A stretch of DNA of 64,000 bases from Minisyncoccota bacterium (GCA_035708165.1 DASSSZ010000001.1:165814-229813), one strand, 5' to 3'; shown: positions 17,783 to 26,715, counted from the first letter of the stretch. Translations and numbers: made by a program. Notes: generated from the letters alone by a model not told the origin.

Positions 17783-18799
17783 CTACCGCTTCGCTATGAT
17801 CGCCTTCTTGTAGACGTCGAGGTGCTTCAGCGCCTCGCCCGTGCCCTTGGCGACGCAGTACGGCGCGTCCTTGGCGACGCGCGCCTTGACGCCCGTGCGG
17901 CGGTAGACGAGCTCGGAGAGGTTGCGCAGCTGCGAGGAGCCGCCCGTCATCACGATGCCGTGATCGATGATGTCGCTCGCGAGCTCGGGCGGCGTCTCCT
18001 GGAGCACGTCCTTGATCGCGCCGATGATCTGGCGCAGCTCGCGGCTGATGGCGCGGACGATCTCGTTCGTGCCGATCTCGACCGAGCGCGGCAGCCCGGT
18101 CACGTAATCCCGGCCCTTCACCGTCATGGTGAGCTCCTCCTCGAGCGGGACCGCCGACCCGATCCCGATCTTGATATCCTCCGCCATCTTGTCGCCGATC
18201 GCGAGATTCGCGTTCTTCTTCACGTAATCCACGATGGCGTGGTCGATCTTCGTGCCGGCGCACTTCACCGATGTGGACGAGACGATCCCGCCCAGCGAGA
18301 TGACCGCGACGTCTGCCGTGCCGCCGCCGAGGTCCACCACCATGTGCCCGCGCGCTTCCTGGATCGGGATGCCAGCGCCGATCGCCGCGAGAATGGGCTC
18401 CTTCACGACATACGCGTTCTTGGCGCCAGCTTTCGTGGCAGCTTCCACCACAGCGCGCCGCTCGGTCGAGGTCACGCCGGCAGGGACGGAGACCATCACC
18501 TCCGGCCGGAAGAGGTTGAGCTTCCCCATCGCTTTGCGCATGAAATACCGGAGCATCGCTTCGGTGACGCGGTAATCCGCGATGACGCCATCCTTCATGG
18601 GGCGGTACGCGCGGATCGTATCCGGCGTGCGGCCGATCATCTCCTTCGCGCTATCGCCCACCGCGAGGATCTTATTATCCTGCTCCGAGACCGCGACCAC
18701 CGACGGCTCGTTGAGGACCACGCCCCTGCCCGGGACGAACACGAGGACGGTCGTGGTGCCGAGATCGATGCCGAGGCGCGGGGTGAACGAGAATGCCAT
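17783..18799 (-). CDS. Second actin-like MreB paralog, standalone (start at MAFSFTPRLGIDLG)
   Basis: LGIDLGTTTVLVFV, DLGGGTADVAV, MTGGSSQLRNL motifs. Not adjacent to mreCD. Confidence 0.8.
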   Translation of the reverse strand: MAFSFTPRLGIDLGTTTVLVFVPGRGVVLNEPSVVAVSEQDNKILAVGDSAKEMIGRTPDTIRAYRPMKDGVIADYRVTEAMLRYFMRKAMGKLNLFRPEVMVSVPAGVTSTERRAVVEAATKAGAKNAYVVKEPILAAIGAGIPIQEARGHMVVDLGGGTADVAVISLGGIVSSTSVKCAGTKIDHAIVDYVKKNANLAIGDKMAEDIKIGIGSAVPLEEELTMTVKGRDYVTGLPRSVEIGTNEIVRAISRELRQIIGAIKDVLQETPPELASDIIDHGIVMTGGSSQLRNLSELVYRRTGVKARVAKDAPYCVAKGTGEALKHLDVYKKAIIAKR

Positions 18800-18851
18800 A
18801 CGTGCGCGCATTGTACGCGGCGTACCGAGGGAAGACAAATCGGCCTCCGTC

Positions 18852-19094
18852 CTAGGACGGAGGCCGTTCGCGCCATGCCTCGATCGCCGCACGGAACCCC
18901 CGGCGACGCGCCAGTGCCGAGACGTACTCGCGCTCGTACGCCGAGCGCAGAAGGCTGCCTCGCGCGGGCGCCTCGCGCGCGTCTTGCGCCGCGAGCACCG
19001 ACTCGAGCCGGCGCGCGAGCGCGCACTCCGCGCACAGCATGACGACGAGCTCCGCCGGGCTGAGCGCCGGCGGCTGATAGGTCATTCCAGCCAT
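18852..19094 (-). CDS. Small hypothetical protein (80 aa)
   Basis: ORF directly upstream of the mreB paralog with a CAEC pair. No family recognised. Confidence 0.25.
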   Translation of the reverse strand: MAGMTYQPPALSPAELVVMLCAECALARRLESVLAAQDAREAPARGSLLRSAYEREYVSALARRRGFRAAIEAWRERPPS

Positions 19095-19148
19095 GATTCC
19101 CTCCTGCTGCCTCAGAGCGTAGCACGCCGCGGGCGCGCGGCACTGCGG

Positions 19149-19433
19149 CTAGAACGGCTCGCTCGTCTCCTCGTGCTTCTTCGGGTTGATCTCCCACCAG
19201 AACTTCTTGGCGAAGTGCTTCGCGTCGTCGCAGACGCGCTTGAGGTAGTAGAGGTCCTTTGTCGGGATCTTCTCGAGGAGCTTCCCCATGCGGCTCATGG
19301 TCATGGGGGGATAGCCGTCCGCGATGCGTTCCGGATTCAGGCGCTCGAGGAAGTAGCGCATCAGCTCGCCGCGCTCGGTGCGCGGATCCGGCTTCGCTGC
19401 AATCTTTTTCAGTCGTGAGCCGATGTGCTCCAT
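19149..19433 (-). CDS. Small Lys-rich hypothetical protein (94 aa, start at MEHIGSRLKK)
   Basis: Non-GC-biased protein-like composition (..KDLYYLKRVCDDAKHFAKKFWWEINPKKHEE..). AGGA lies ~10 nt upstream of the ATG. TATAGT-like box further upstream. Confidence 0.45.
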   Translation of the reverse strand: MEHIGSRLKKIAAKPDPRTERGELMRYFLERLNPERIADGYPPMTMSRMGKLLEKIPTKDLYYLKRVCDDAKHFAKKFWWEINPKKHEETSEPF

Positions 19434-19619
19434 AGCGGTATCCTGCTCTTCATCTTCGCAACAGGTTTCATGCTTACTATAGCAGACGGAAGGAGTTCCT
19501 CGGGCAGGCCGGTGTAGCCGCATTCACCCGCATACCCTACGCTGCGCAGGAGGCATCGGCATTGCCCCCAATTGCTGATGCTTCAGTTATGGATGCGTGC
19601 GCCTGCCGCGGGGCGGAGG

Positions 19620-19700
19620 CGGCAGCGGGCACCGAGTCCCCCTATGAACGCCCGCTGCCGTACTCAATACGAGCCGGCTTCCCTCATGGGAAGCCGGCTC
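19620..19700 (+). promoter_or_regulatory. Two consecutive strong GC hairpins in the divergent region upstream of def (possible attenuator/insulator or small structured RNA)
   Basis: CGGCAGCGGGC-19 nt loop-GCCCGCTGCCG (11 bp; 19620..19660), then GAGCCGGCTTCCC-tcat-GGGAAGCCGGCTC (perfect 13 bp; 19671..19700), then TTCGTCT. Confidence 0.4.
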
Positions 19701-19770
19701 TTCGTCTAGCGCAATGATGCGCCGAGCGCATGGCCTTCCTCGACGGTCGCGCGCACGCTATAGTGGCGTC

Positions 19771-20340
19771 ATGCGCACGCTCGTCCCGCCAGATCACCCC
19801 GCCCTGCACCAGAAAGCGCAGCCGATCCCCCGCGAGAAGATCGGCTCCGCGGAGATCCGGGGCCTCATTGCCGACATGAAGGCGATCCTTGCCGCGGAGC
19901 GCCTCGGCGTCGCGATCGCCGCGCCGCAGGTGGGCGAGCCGCTCGCGCTCTTCGTCGTGGCCGGCAAGGTGTTCGAAGCGCCCGCGGAGGAGGCGGACGA
20001 TGGAGGCAGCGATGCGGCGCCGGAGCCCGCCGAGCCGATGCGCCCCGATGCGGTATTCATAAACCCCGAGATCCTGAAGCTCTCCCGCCGCCGGCAGGAC
20101 ATGCATGAAGGGTGCCTCACGCTCCCCGGCCTCTGGGGCATGGTGCCCCGCGCCGAGCGGGTCCGCCTGCGCTACCTCGATGAGCATGGCGGCGAGCAGG
20201 TCCGCGGCGCAGGCGGCCTCCTCGCGCATGTCTTCCAGCACGAGACGGACCACCTCGAGGGGATCCTCTATGTCGAGAAAGCGCACGACCTCTACGAAGA
20301 GCACCCCGACGATACCGCCCATGACGATGCGCTCGCGTGA
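19771..20340 (+). CDS. def: Peptide deformylase
   Basis: GVAIAAPQVG, EGCLTLPG, QHETDHLEG motifs. Start at MRTLVPPDHPAL. TATAGT sits 6 nt upstream of the ATG, suggesting a leaderless mRNA. Confidence 0.9.
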   Translation: MRTLVPPDHPALHQKAQPIPREKIGSAEIRGLIADMKAILAAERLGVAIAAPQVGEPLALFVVAGKVFEAPAEEADDGGSDAAPEPAEPMRPDAVFINPEILKLSRRRQDMHEGCLTLPGLWGMVPRAERVRLRYLDEHGGEQVRGAGGLLAHVFQHETDHLEGILYVEKAHDLYEEHPDDTAHDDALA

Positions 20341-21211
20341 TATCCGCTTCGCGTTCTTCGGGACGCCCGCGATCGCCGTCGCGGCGCTCGACGCGCTTGA
20401 GGCGCAGGGGCTCATCCCGGCGCTCATCGTCACGCAGCCCGATCGGGCTGCCGGCCGCGGACACGCGCTCATTGCTCCACCGGTGAAGGAGTGGGCGCTC
20501 GCGCGCGGCATAGACGTCCTGCAGCCGGAGAAGCTCGATGATGCATTCATCGGCGAGCTCGCGAATACCGAATGGGACGCGTTCGCGCTCGTCGCATACG
20601 GCGCATTGCTGCCCGCTGCGCTCCTCAGCATCCCGCGGCACGGCACGCTCAATATGCACCCTTCCCTGCTGCCGAAGCTGCGCGGCCCCTCTCCCATCAC
20701 GAGCGCGATCCTTACGGATGAGCATCCGACCGGGGTCACCGTCATGCTCATCGACGAGAAGATGGATCACGGCCCGGTACTCGCGCAGGAAGTCATCGAG
20801 GTCACCGAGTGGCCGCCGAAGCGGCGCGAGCTCGAGGAGCTCCTCGCCGCCGAAGGCGGCGCGCTTCTCGCCGAGACCCTGCCGCTCTGGGTCGCCGGTA
20901 CGATCGAAGCGGCTCCGCAGGATGACGCGGCCGCGACGTACTGCGCGAAGGTGAAGAAAGAGGACGGCCTGCTCGATCTCGCGGGCGACCCTGCCCTCGC
21001 CTTGCGCAAGATCCGCGCGTTCGACGGCTGGCCCGGGACGTACGCGTTCTTCGAGCGCGCCGGCAAGACGCTGCGCGTCCAGATCCTCGAGGCGCATGCC
21101 GATCCGGACGGCTCGCTTGCGATCGATACGGTGAAGCCCGAAGGGAAAGGCGCGATGCCGTATGCGGACTTCCTCAGGAGCGGCGCGGTGCCGAGCGCGC
21201 GAGCGAAGTAG
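20321..21211 (+). CDS. fmt: Methionyl-tRNA formyltransferase
   Basis: IRFAFFGTPAIAV, HPSLLPKLRGPSPI motifs. Overlaps the def stop by ~20 nt (start MTMRSRDIRF). Confidence 0.9.
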   Translation: MTMRSRDIRFAFFGTPAIAVAALDALEAQGLIPALIVTQPDRAAGRGHALIAPPVKEWALARGIDVLQPEKLDDAFIGELANTEWDAFALVAYGALLPAALLSIPRHGTLNMHPSLLPKLRGPSPITSAILTDEHPTGVTVMLIDEKMDHGPVLAQEVIEVTEWPPKRRELEELLAAEGGALLAETLPLWVAGTIEAAPQDDAAATYCAKVKKEDGLLDLAGDPALALRKIRAFDGWPGTYAFFERAGKTLRVQILEAHADPDGSLAIDTVKPEGKGAMPYADFLRSGAVPSARAK

Positions 21212-21337
21212 CGTTCAGCTGCCGCATGCGATATACTGCAGGGCGAACGGGATTCCCTCGCGCGCCGCGTACCGCCGCAACTGCGGTGCGCAAGGGATAC
21301 GCTGCCTCGGGCTTGATAGACTGAGTGGCCGCAAGGC

Positions 21338-21375
21338 CGGGCAGCTGGCGCCGCTCCCTCTACGTGGGGCGGCGC
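21338..21375 (+). terminator. Probable intrinsic terminator after fmt
   Basis: GCGCCGCTCC..GGGGCGGCGC imperfect stem followed by TTTTTTCTT. Confidence 0.4.
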
Positions 21376-21393
21376 TTTTTTCTTGCCGCATCA

Positions 21394-21759
21394 TTATTCC
21401 CGACCGAAGCGGGACCAGCGCTTGAGCACGAGGCCGCCGCGCCGCAGGAACGAGACATGCTTCTGCTTGGATTTGCGGAGCTGCTGCTGGATCCCTTCCT
21501 TCAGCTGGTCGAGCGCGTCGCGCATCGTGCCGCCGCGCGCCTCGGCGCGGTATAGGCGGCCGTTCTCGGTGAGCGTCATCTCGGCGCGGAAGCGTGTCGC
21601 ATGCTGGTCGCGGATCGCGGAGAGCTCCACGTTGCACCGGACGGTCTCGCTCTCGGGATCGCGCAGCAGCTTCTCGATCGCGGCGATCTTCTCATCGAGG
21701 CATGCGGAAAGCTCGTCAGTCATCTGCCAATCGGTCGTCTTCACGGTCACGTTATTCAT
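21394..21759 (-). CDS. hpf: Ribosome hibernation-promoting factor / RaiA (short HPF)
   Basis: 121 aa. S30AE-family fold pattern (MNNVTVKTTDWQMTDELSACLDEKI..RFRAEMTL..). Confidence 0.75.
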   Translation of the reverse strand: MNNVTVKTTDWQMTDELSACLDEKIAAIEKLLRDPESETVRCNVELSAIRDQHATRFRAEMTLTENGRLYRAEARGGTMRDALDQLKEGIQQQLRKSKQKHVSFLRRGGLVLKRWSRFGRE

Positions 21760-21771
21760 ATATCGCTCTCG

Positions 21772-22044
21772 CTAGTGCTGATAGTGCTGCTGGTAGTCCT
21801 GCCACACTGCGCCCGCATGCGGGTGCCCCTCCAGGTACGCCACGATGTCGTCGGATTCGTACATTTCTACACCAGCGCCTGCATCCACGAGGTACGGCAC
21901 CTGCTGCTTGCCGCCGCGCGCGATGAGTGCCGCCGCATGCTCCGGTTCGCCGATGTCGTGGAGCGTGAGCGGGATGCCGAGCAGGTCGGCAGCCATCAGG
22001 ACTTTCTTGCAGTACGGACAGGTGGGGCGATAGTAGAGTTCCAT
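21772..22044 (-). CDS. Glutaredoxin (CPYC active site); start at MELYYRPTCPYC (track ORF is 18 codons longer)
   Basis: YYRPTCPYCKKV..QQVPYLVD..GG pattern, typical of Grx. Confidence 0.75.
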   Translation of the reverse strand: MELYYRPTCPYCKKVLMAADLLGIPLTLHDIGEPEHAAALIARGGKQQVPYLVDAGAGVEMYESDDIVAYLEGHPHAGAVWQDYQQHYQH

Positions 22045-22101
22045 CGTCTGCGGGGGTTGGTGTTCGTCAGTCGTATGCGTCATGTCATTCATCATCATGC
22101 A

Positions 22102-22707
22102 TCATTTGCGCGCGTACATGCCGACAAGCGATGTCGTCGCGATGATGTCTCCATCCATGCGCGCGAGCAGGTCCTGCTTCGTCGGCGGGATCTCGAAAGC
22201 AAGCGGGGCTGCGAGCGCGTAGAGCGTGAATACGTAGCGGTGCTCCTTCGGCTCGTACTGCGCAGGCGGGCACGGGGGCGCGTAGCCGATCGTGCCCGCG
22301 CTGTTCTGGCCTTCCCCGCCGTCTCCCGCTTCGATCGCCCCATCTTCCGGGGTGATGCCATAGCGTACCCAATGGTCATACACCGCGATTCCCTGCGCGT
22401 CTTTCACCGCTTCCGGGATATCCGGATCATCCATGATGAGCGCGAGCGACTGCGTGCCCTCGGGGATGCCGCTCACCGCAAGCGGCACCGACGCGCCCTC
22501 GCCGTCGCATGTATATGCCGCCGGGATCATGCCGCCATCCGGGAACGCGTCGCTCGTGAGGCTGAATCCTGCGGTCTCGTCCATACTCGATTGCAATGGT
22601 GATGCGATGCCGCTGCCCTCTCGCGAGGACCACGCGGACCAGGTGAGGACGCCTGCGATCGCGCCTGCCGCGAGGAGCAGCACGAGCGCCTTCGTGGCGG
22701 TCTCCAT
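22102..22707 (-). CDS. YbhB/YbcL-type PEBP (Raf-kinase-inhibitor-like) protein with N-terminal signal/TM (start METATKALVLLL)
   Basis: DPDIPEAV..HWVRYGI..GYAPPCPP..HRYVFTLYAL are PEBP signature segments. Confidence 0.7.
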   Translation of the reverse strand: METATKALVLLLAAGAIAGVLTWSAWSSREGSGIASPLQSSMDETAGFSLTSDAFPDGGMIPAAYTCDGEGASVPLAVSGIPEGTQSLALIMDDPDIPEAVKDAQGIAVYDHWVRYGITPEDGAIEAGDGGEGQNSAGTIGYAPPCPPAQYEPKEHRYVFTLYALAAPLAFEIPPTKQDLLARMDGDIIATTSLVGMYARK

Positions 22708-22855
22708 AGTCGGAAGTATAGCACTCGGCTGTCCGGTTCTTCCTGATTGCAAATCGAGCCGATGCCGGTACAATAGCTGCGAGTCCTATCCGCAGGACTC
22801 GTCGCATATCATCCTGGCATAGCGCGCTGAACCAGGAATGAATGCGGCCGTATAT

Positions 22856-22927
22856 TCCGCGATAGCTCAGCGGTAGAGCAAACGGCTGTTAACCGTTAGG
22901 TCGCTGGTTCGAATCCAGCTCGCGGAG
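22856..22927 (+). tRNA. tRNA-Asn (anticodon GTT)
   Basis: Manual cloverleaf: acceptor TCCGCGA/TCGCGGA, D-arm GCTC..GAGC, anticodon stem AACGG/CCGTT with loop CTGTTAA, T-arm GCTGG-TTCGAAT-CCAGC, discriminator G. No encoded CCA. Confidence 0.85.
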
Positions 22928-22934
22928 CAAAGAA

Positions 22935-22971
22935 GGGCAAGAGGCGGCGGAAGCCGCCTCTTGCCTTTTAT
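22935..22971 (+). terminator. Intrinsic terminator 1 after tRNA-Asn
   Basis: 13-bp stem GGCAAGAGGCGGC / GCCGCCTCTTGCC, loop GGAA, then TTTTATTATTT. Confidence 0.7.
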
Positions 22972-23023
22972 TATTTGCAATGATTTTCTCTGGTTCGAAA
23001 CCTTTGTTCAACGATTCTATCGA

Positions 23024-23050
23024 AGCCGTCGCAAAAGCGACGGCTTTTTC
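23024..23050 (+). terminator. Intrinsic terminator 2 (tandem)
   Basis: AAGCCGTCGC-aaaa-GCGACGGCTT then TTTTTC. Confidence 0.6.
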
Positions 23051-23080
23051 CTTTCTGCCCTGTGAAGGTATGCTTAGTCG

Positions 23081-23242
23081 ATGAACAAGCCGCTGCCGCT
23101 CGCCATCTGCCTCATCGTCATGATCGCCGTCATCATCGGCGCCGATGTCCTGCTCTTCCGCGATCACTTCTGGGCGCGGCTCCTCGCGAATGCGGGCATC
23201 GTCCTCATCTGCGCCGCGCTCTACATCCGGTTCCTGCAGTGA
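23081..23242 (+). CDS. Small (53 aa) single-pass membrane protein, below the ORF-track size cut-off
   Basis: My translation: MNKPLPLAICLIVMIAVIIGADVLLFRDHFWARLLANAGIVLICAALYIRFLQ*. Hydrophobic and uninterrupted, but no family support. Confidence 0.3.
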   Translation: MNKPLPLAICLIVMIAVIIGADVLLFRDHFWARLLANAGIVLICAALYIRFLQ

Positions 23243-23310
23243 ACGCGTGAGCCGGCTCGCGGAGCATAAGGAAGCCGCACCCTTTGGGCGCGGCTTTTCA
23301 TCGGTTTTCG

Positions 23311-24660
23311 CTATGCGCGATGCCGATTCTCGTTATTGGTGACGTAGTCCGCCGGCAGGATCCTTCCCAGCGACGCTGCATCCACGAGCGGGAGCTTCCC
23401 TTCCGCGCAGAGCGCGGAGAGCACCCGGTCGGCGCCGCCTTCGGCAAGGAGCCGGCCGAGCCGGCGCTGCTTGCGTTCGACAGAGATGATGCCGTACGAG
23501 AGCTGCAGGTCGTCATTCCAATCCGTGAGCAAGCCCCGGATCGTCTGCGTCCCGGGCGGCAAGTCGCCGAGGGTGTACCAGTAGACGCGCTCCACCTGCC
23601 GCGATCGCATGAGGTACGTCGCGTACGCGAAGAGCGCCGCCTGGATGTCCTCGAGCTCTTCGTCCGACCGCTCGGTCCCTGCTCCTGAGACCGGGAAGCC
23701 ATACTCAGTGAGCCAGATCGACGGCATGCGCAGGACCGGTTCCGTAACGCGGCTGCACCCGGCGAGAAGGATCTCGCGGACTGGCGCCGATGCGTGGTGC
23801 GCATCGCGTACGATCGCATCGCGAAGCAGCTCGGCGCGCGTTATCGGCACGAAGAGCGACCCGCGGACCGCGCGCAGCTGTGAGGGGATCGAAGGCGCCG
23901 GCTTCCGATCGCCCCAGGTGCCGCGCAAGCCATGGAACCCTACTACATCGAAGCAGCGCATGAGTCCGCGCCCTGCGAGGCGAGAGAGATTCGTGAGCGT
24001 CGGATCATCAGTGCCGGCACAGCCGCCGAACACCGTGCGCTTCCCGTAGTGCCGCGCGACGATCGCGCCTTCCGCGAGCATCCGCGAGAGGATCCAGTAA
24101 TCCGGATCGAGCAGCAGGTCCCAATCGGTGTCGAGATTCCATTCGTTCCAGAGCTCGACTTCCTCGAAGCAATGCCCGAGCGACCCGATCGCGTCCGCGA
24201 CGAACTCCGCGTAGCTGACCGGCTGCATCGGCGGCGCATTCGTCCGCCGGCACATGCCGAGGTTCGGCGGCGTGTACGTGAGGCATGGCAGCACGGAGAA
24301 GCGTTCGGCGTATCGCTTGATGCACCATGACGCCCAGCGCCGGCCTTGGTCCCACGACCAGTTCGCCCACGAGAGATCGGTGCGCACATGCGTGACCCCG
24401 ATCCTTGATAAGTGCTCGATCGCGTCTTCGACGGATCGCTTCGCCGCGAGAATCCCCTCCTCGTGCTCAGCCATCGGCGCTGCTGTCCCCGCAAGGAGCG
24501 CCGAGAGCCGTTCCGGCTCGCTTGCCGCAAGCCAGGCGTGCTCGGCCTTGTTCCATACCAGGAATCCCGGCGCCCCGCCCTGCTTCTTGCTGCGCAGCGC
24601 ACGCGGAGCGCGGCGTCGCATAATGCTCTCCCAATCCTCGTCGTCTCGTATATGCCGCAT
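23311..24660 (-). CDS. Clan GH-A (TIM-barrel) glycoside-hydrolase-like protein, paralog 1
   Basis: Acid/base-like ELWNEWN and nucleophile-like LTEYGFP motifs separated by ~150 aa, as in GH5/GH39. Shares SWANWS/ELWNEWN blocks with ORF 25612..26613. Confidence 0.5.
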   Translation of the reverse strand: MRHIRDDEDWESIMRRRAPRALRSKKQGGAPGFLVWNKAEHAWLAASEPERLSALLAGTAAPMAEHEEGILAAKRSVEDAIEHLSRIGVTHVRTDLSWANWSWDQGRRWASWCIKRYAERFSVLPCLTYTPPNLGMCRRTNAPPMQPVSYAEFVADAIGSLGHCFEEVELWNEWNLDTDWDLLLDPDYWILSRMLAEGAIVARHYGKRTVFGGCAGTDDPTLTNLSRLAGRGLMRCFDVVGFHGLRGTWGDRKPAPSIPSQLRAVRGSLFVPITRAELLRDAIVRDAHHASAPVREILLAGCSRVTEPVLRMPSIWLTEYGFPVSGAGTERSDEELEDIQAALFAYATYLMRSRQVERVYWYTLGDLPPGTQTIRGLLTDWNDDLQLSYGIISVERKQRRLGRLLAEGGADRVLSALCAEGKLPLVDAASLGRILPADYVTNNENRHRA

Positions 24661-24807
24661 TCGAGTATGCTCTCCTGTTTTTGAATGTGAGGCGTGATTG
24701 AGTTGCGAAGGGTAAAAGAACTGCAGAAGGGCTCATGCGCCCCTCATCCCTCCTCTCTATAGTTAACGCTAGTCAACTGAACCTTAGATGAGGGGAGATG
24801 AGGGGCC

Positions 24808-25527
24808 ATGAACGATCGATCGCGTGACTATTGGATAATCATGCGCCATTTGACGAAAGAGCCGCTTCCCCCCGTACTGCTCACGCCTGAGCGGCTCGAG
24901 GAGTCGGCGCACGATTGGTGCATGCTCGCGCTCTATGCCGCCGAGCTCGAGGAAGCGGATCGGGAGGTGCATCTCGCTCCATCATGCGAAGCGGAGGTGG
25001 CGAGCGTCGCCGTGCGATTGGCGCAGGACCTCGAAGCCCTGCCCGGGCAGCCGGCGCTTGCGCGCATCCTGCACTCGCCTGCGAGACGAGCGCGCGAGAG
25101 TGCACGCCTGCTGGCAGATCGCTTCCCGGATGCAGCGCCTCACCGAGCGGAAATCGCCGAACTCGGCGAGATCCGCCTCGGTGTGCAGCATACCGGCGTC
25201 GCATTCAAGACGCTTGCGCGGCTCTTCCCCGCATACGGCAGAGCGGTCGCGCAGCGCGGCTACTTCAATGTCGCGCCGCCGGGCGGCACATCGCTCGCAG
25301 AGCACCGCGATGAGACGATCGCGCTGCTTGCGCGTCTCACGCGGCTTCCGGGCACGCAGCTCATCATCACCCACGGCGGTCGGGCACGGCTCATGCTCGA
25401 GGAGATCGAGTGCACGCCGATCGCAGAGCGCGAGCGCCGGCTCTCGCGGGGCGAGAGCCTGCCGTACGGCGGCTATGCCATCGTGGCGTACGATCGGGGT
25501 GCGGACCGGCTTTCCATCGTCCGCTAG
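24808..25527 (+). CDS. Histidine phosphatase superfamily protein (PGAM/SixA-like)
   Basis: N-terminal IIMRH (RHG-like) and LIITHGG motifs. Confidence 0.5.
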   Translation: MNDRSRDYWIIMRHLTKEPLPPVLLTPERLEESAHDWCMLALYAAELEEADREVHLAPSCEAEVASVAVRLAQDLEALPGQPALARILHSPARRARESARLLADRFPDAAPHRAEIAELGEIRLGVQHTGVAFKTLARLFPAYGRAVAQRGYFNVAPPGGTSLAEHRDETIALLARLTRLPGTQLIITHGGRARLMLEEIECTPIAERERRLSRGESLPYGGYAIVAYDRGADRLSIVR

Positions 25528-25611
25528 GAATGCACGCACGGGATACGAAGAGGCGGGGCCGCAGGCCTCGCCTTCTTGTCCGCAGCTCTCGCTGCATGCA
25601 CCGCTGGGCGC

Positions 25612-26613
25612 TTATGGTGCGAGGCGCCGCTCTCCTGCGAGTGTGCGCCAGTGCCCGACGAGCGGCTTCGCGCGCCCGTCCTGCGTCAGGAGCCCGAAGT
25701 GGTATGCCGTCAGGTCGGCCGGCGTGCCCGCATTCAGCATGTCGTCCGTCTCGTGCTCCGGGTGCTGATCGATCGCGCAGAACCAGTAGCAGCGCTCGAC
25801 CGGCAGCCTCAGGAGCGAGTCGAAGAATGCGATCTGCCCGTCCTCGAGCTCCTGCTCGCTCTTGCCGTCCGCCGGCTGCGTCGAGAGGCCGCTCTCGTCC
25901 ATCCATACCTCGAGATCCCCGTGCCCGAGGCCTCTCAGCAGCGCGCGCAGCCCCGCGATCTCCGTCGGGAGCGCGAACCACCGCCGATGCTGGTTCGGCC
26001 AGCTCGGCGAATAGTGGAATGAGATGCCATCCACGCGATCGAGCACGCCGAGCTCGTGCATGCGCGTGAACCACGCGTATTCAAGCGGCGTCACGCCGCC
26101 GAGGAGGACGCGCTTCCCCGCTGCCCTTGCCGCATCCGCGGCTTCATTCGCCATCAGCGCGAAGAGCGAGCCGTCGGGGTCGATCCGCTGGTCCCAGTAC
26201 GGCTGCCAGTTCGGCTCGTTCCAGAGCTGTACCCATTCGAAGCGCTCGCCGTAGCGCCCGATCATCTCCCGCACGAACGCAGCGTATGCGGAGAGATCCT
26301 GAGGCGGCGCGGAGGTGCGCTGCTCGCCATCGGCAGCAGGCCGCGCGAGCGCGGGGGGCGTGTAGAAGAGCGCAGGAACGATATCGAGCTCGGGAACGCC
26401 AGCGAGCGCATCCATGCAGTCGTCGAGCCACGCCGGGCCGTCCGGCCTCGTCCAGTCCGCCCACGAGAAGAGCGTGCGGAAGCGTCTGATCGAAAGGTCG
26501 TGCAGCAGCGCTACCGTACGCGCTACCGTCTCGCGGTCCCCGAAGACGAACCATTGCGTCATGCCCGGGAGCTCGATCCCGCGCGCATCATCATCCGATG
26601 CCATTCGCGCCAT
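25612..26613 (-). CDS. Clan GH-A glycoside-hydrolase-like protein, paralog 2 (start at MARMASDDD)
   Basis: FSWADWT, QLWNEPNW (acid/base) and VWMDESG (nucleophile) blocks. Clear paralog of 23311..24660. Confidence 0.5.
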   Translation of the reverse strand: MARMASDDDARGIELPGMTQWFVFGDRETVARTVALLHDLSIRRFRTLFSWADWTRPDGPAWLDDCMDALAGVPELDIVPALFYTPPALARPAADGEQRTSAPPQDLSAYAAFVREMIGRYGERFEWVQLWNEPNWQPYWDQRIDPDGSLFALMANEAADAARAAGKRVLLGGVTPLEYAWFTRMHELGVLDRVDGISFHYSPSWPNQHRRWFALPTEIAGLRALLRGLGHGDLEVWMDESGLSTQPADGKSEQELEDGQIAFFDSLLRLPVERCYWFCAIDQHPEHETDDMLNAGTPADLTAYHFGLLTQDGRAKPLVGHWRTLAGERRLAP

Positions 26614-26715
26614 CGTACGCACGTTCCCTGTGCGCAGGGTGAATGAGGCAGCCGCACCCATGCAGCGCGAGCGCCCCGCAAGGGGCGCTCGTCGTGCATG
26701 ATGCATGCGGATCGC

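Noticed and set aside
22889-23167. 92-aa minus ORF overlapping tRNA-Asn and its terminators
   Set aside because: It overlaps a confidently folded tRNA and two intrinsic terminators on the other strand. It is chance ORF.
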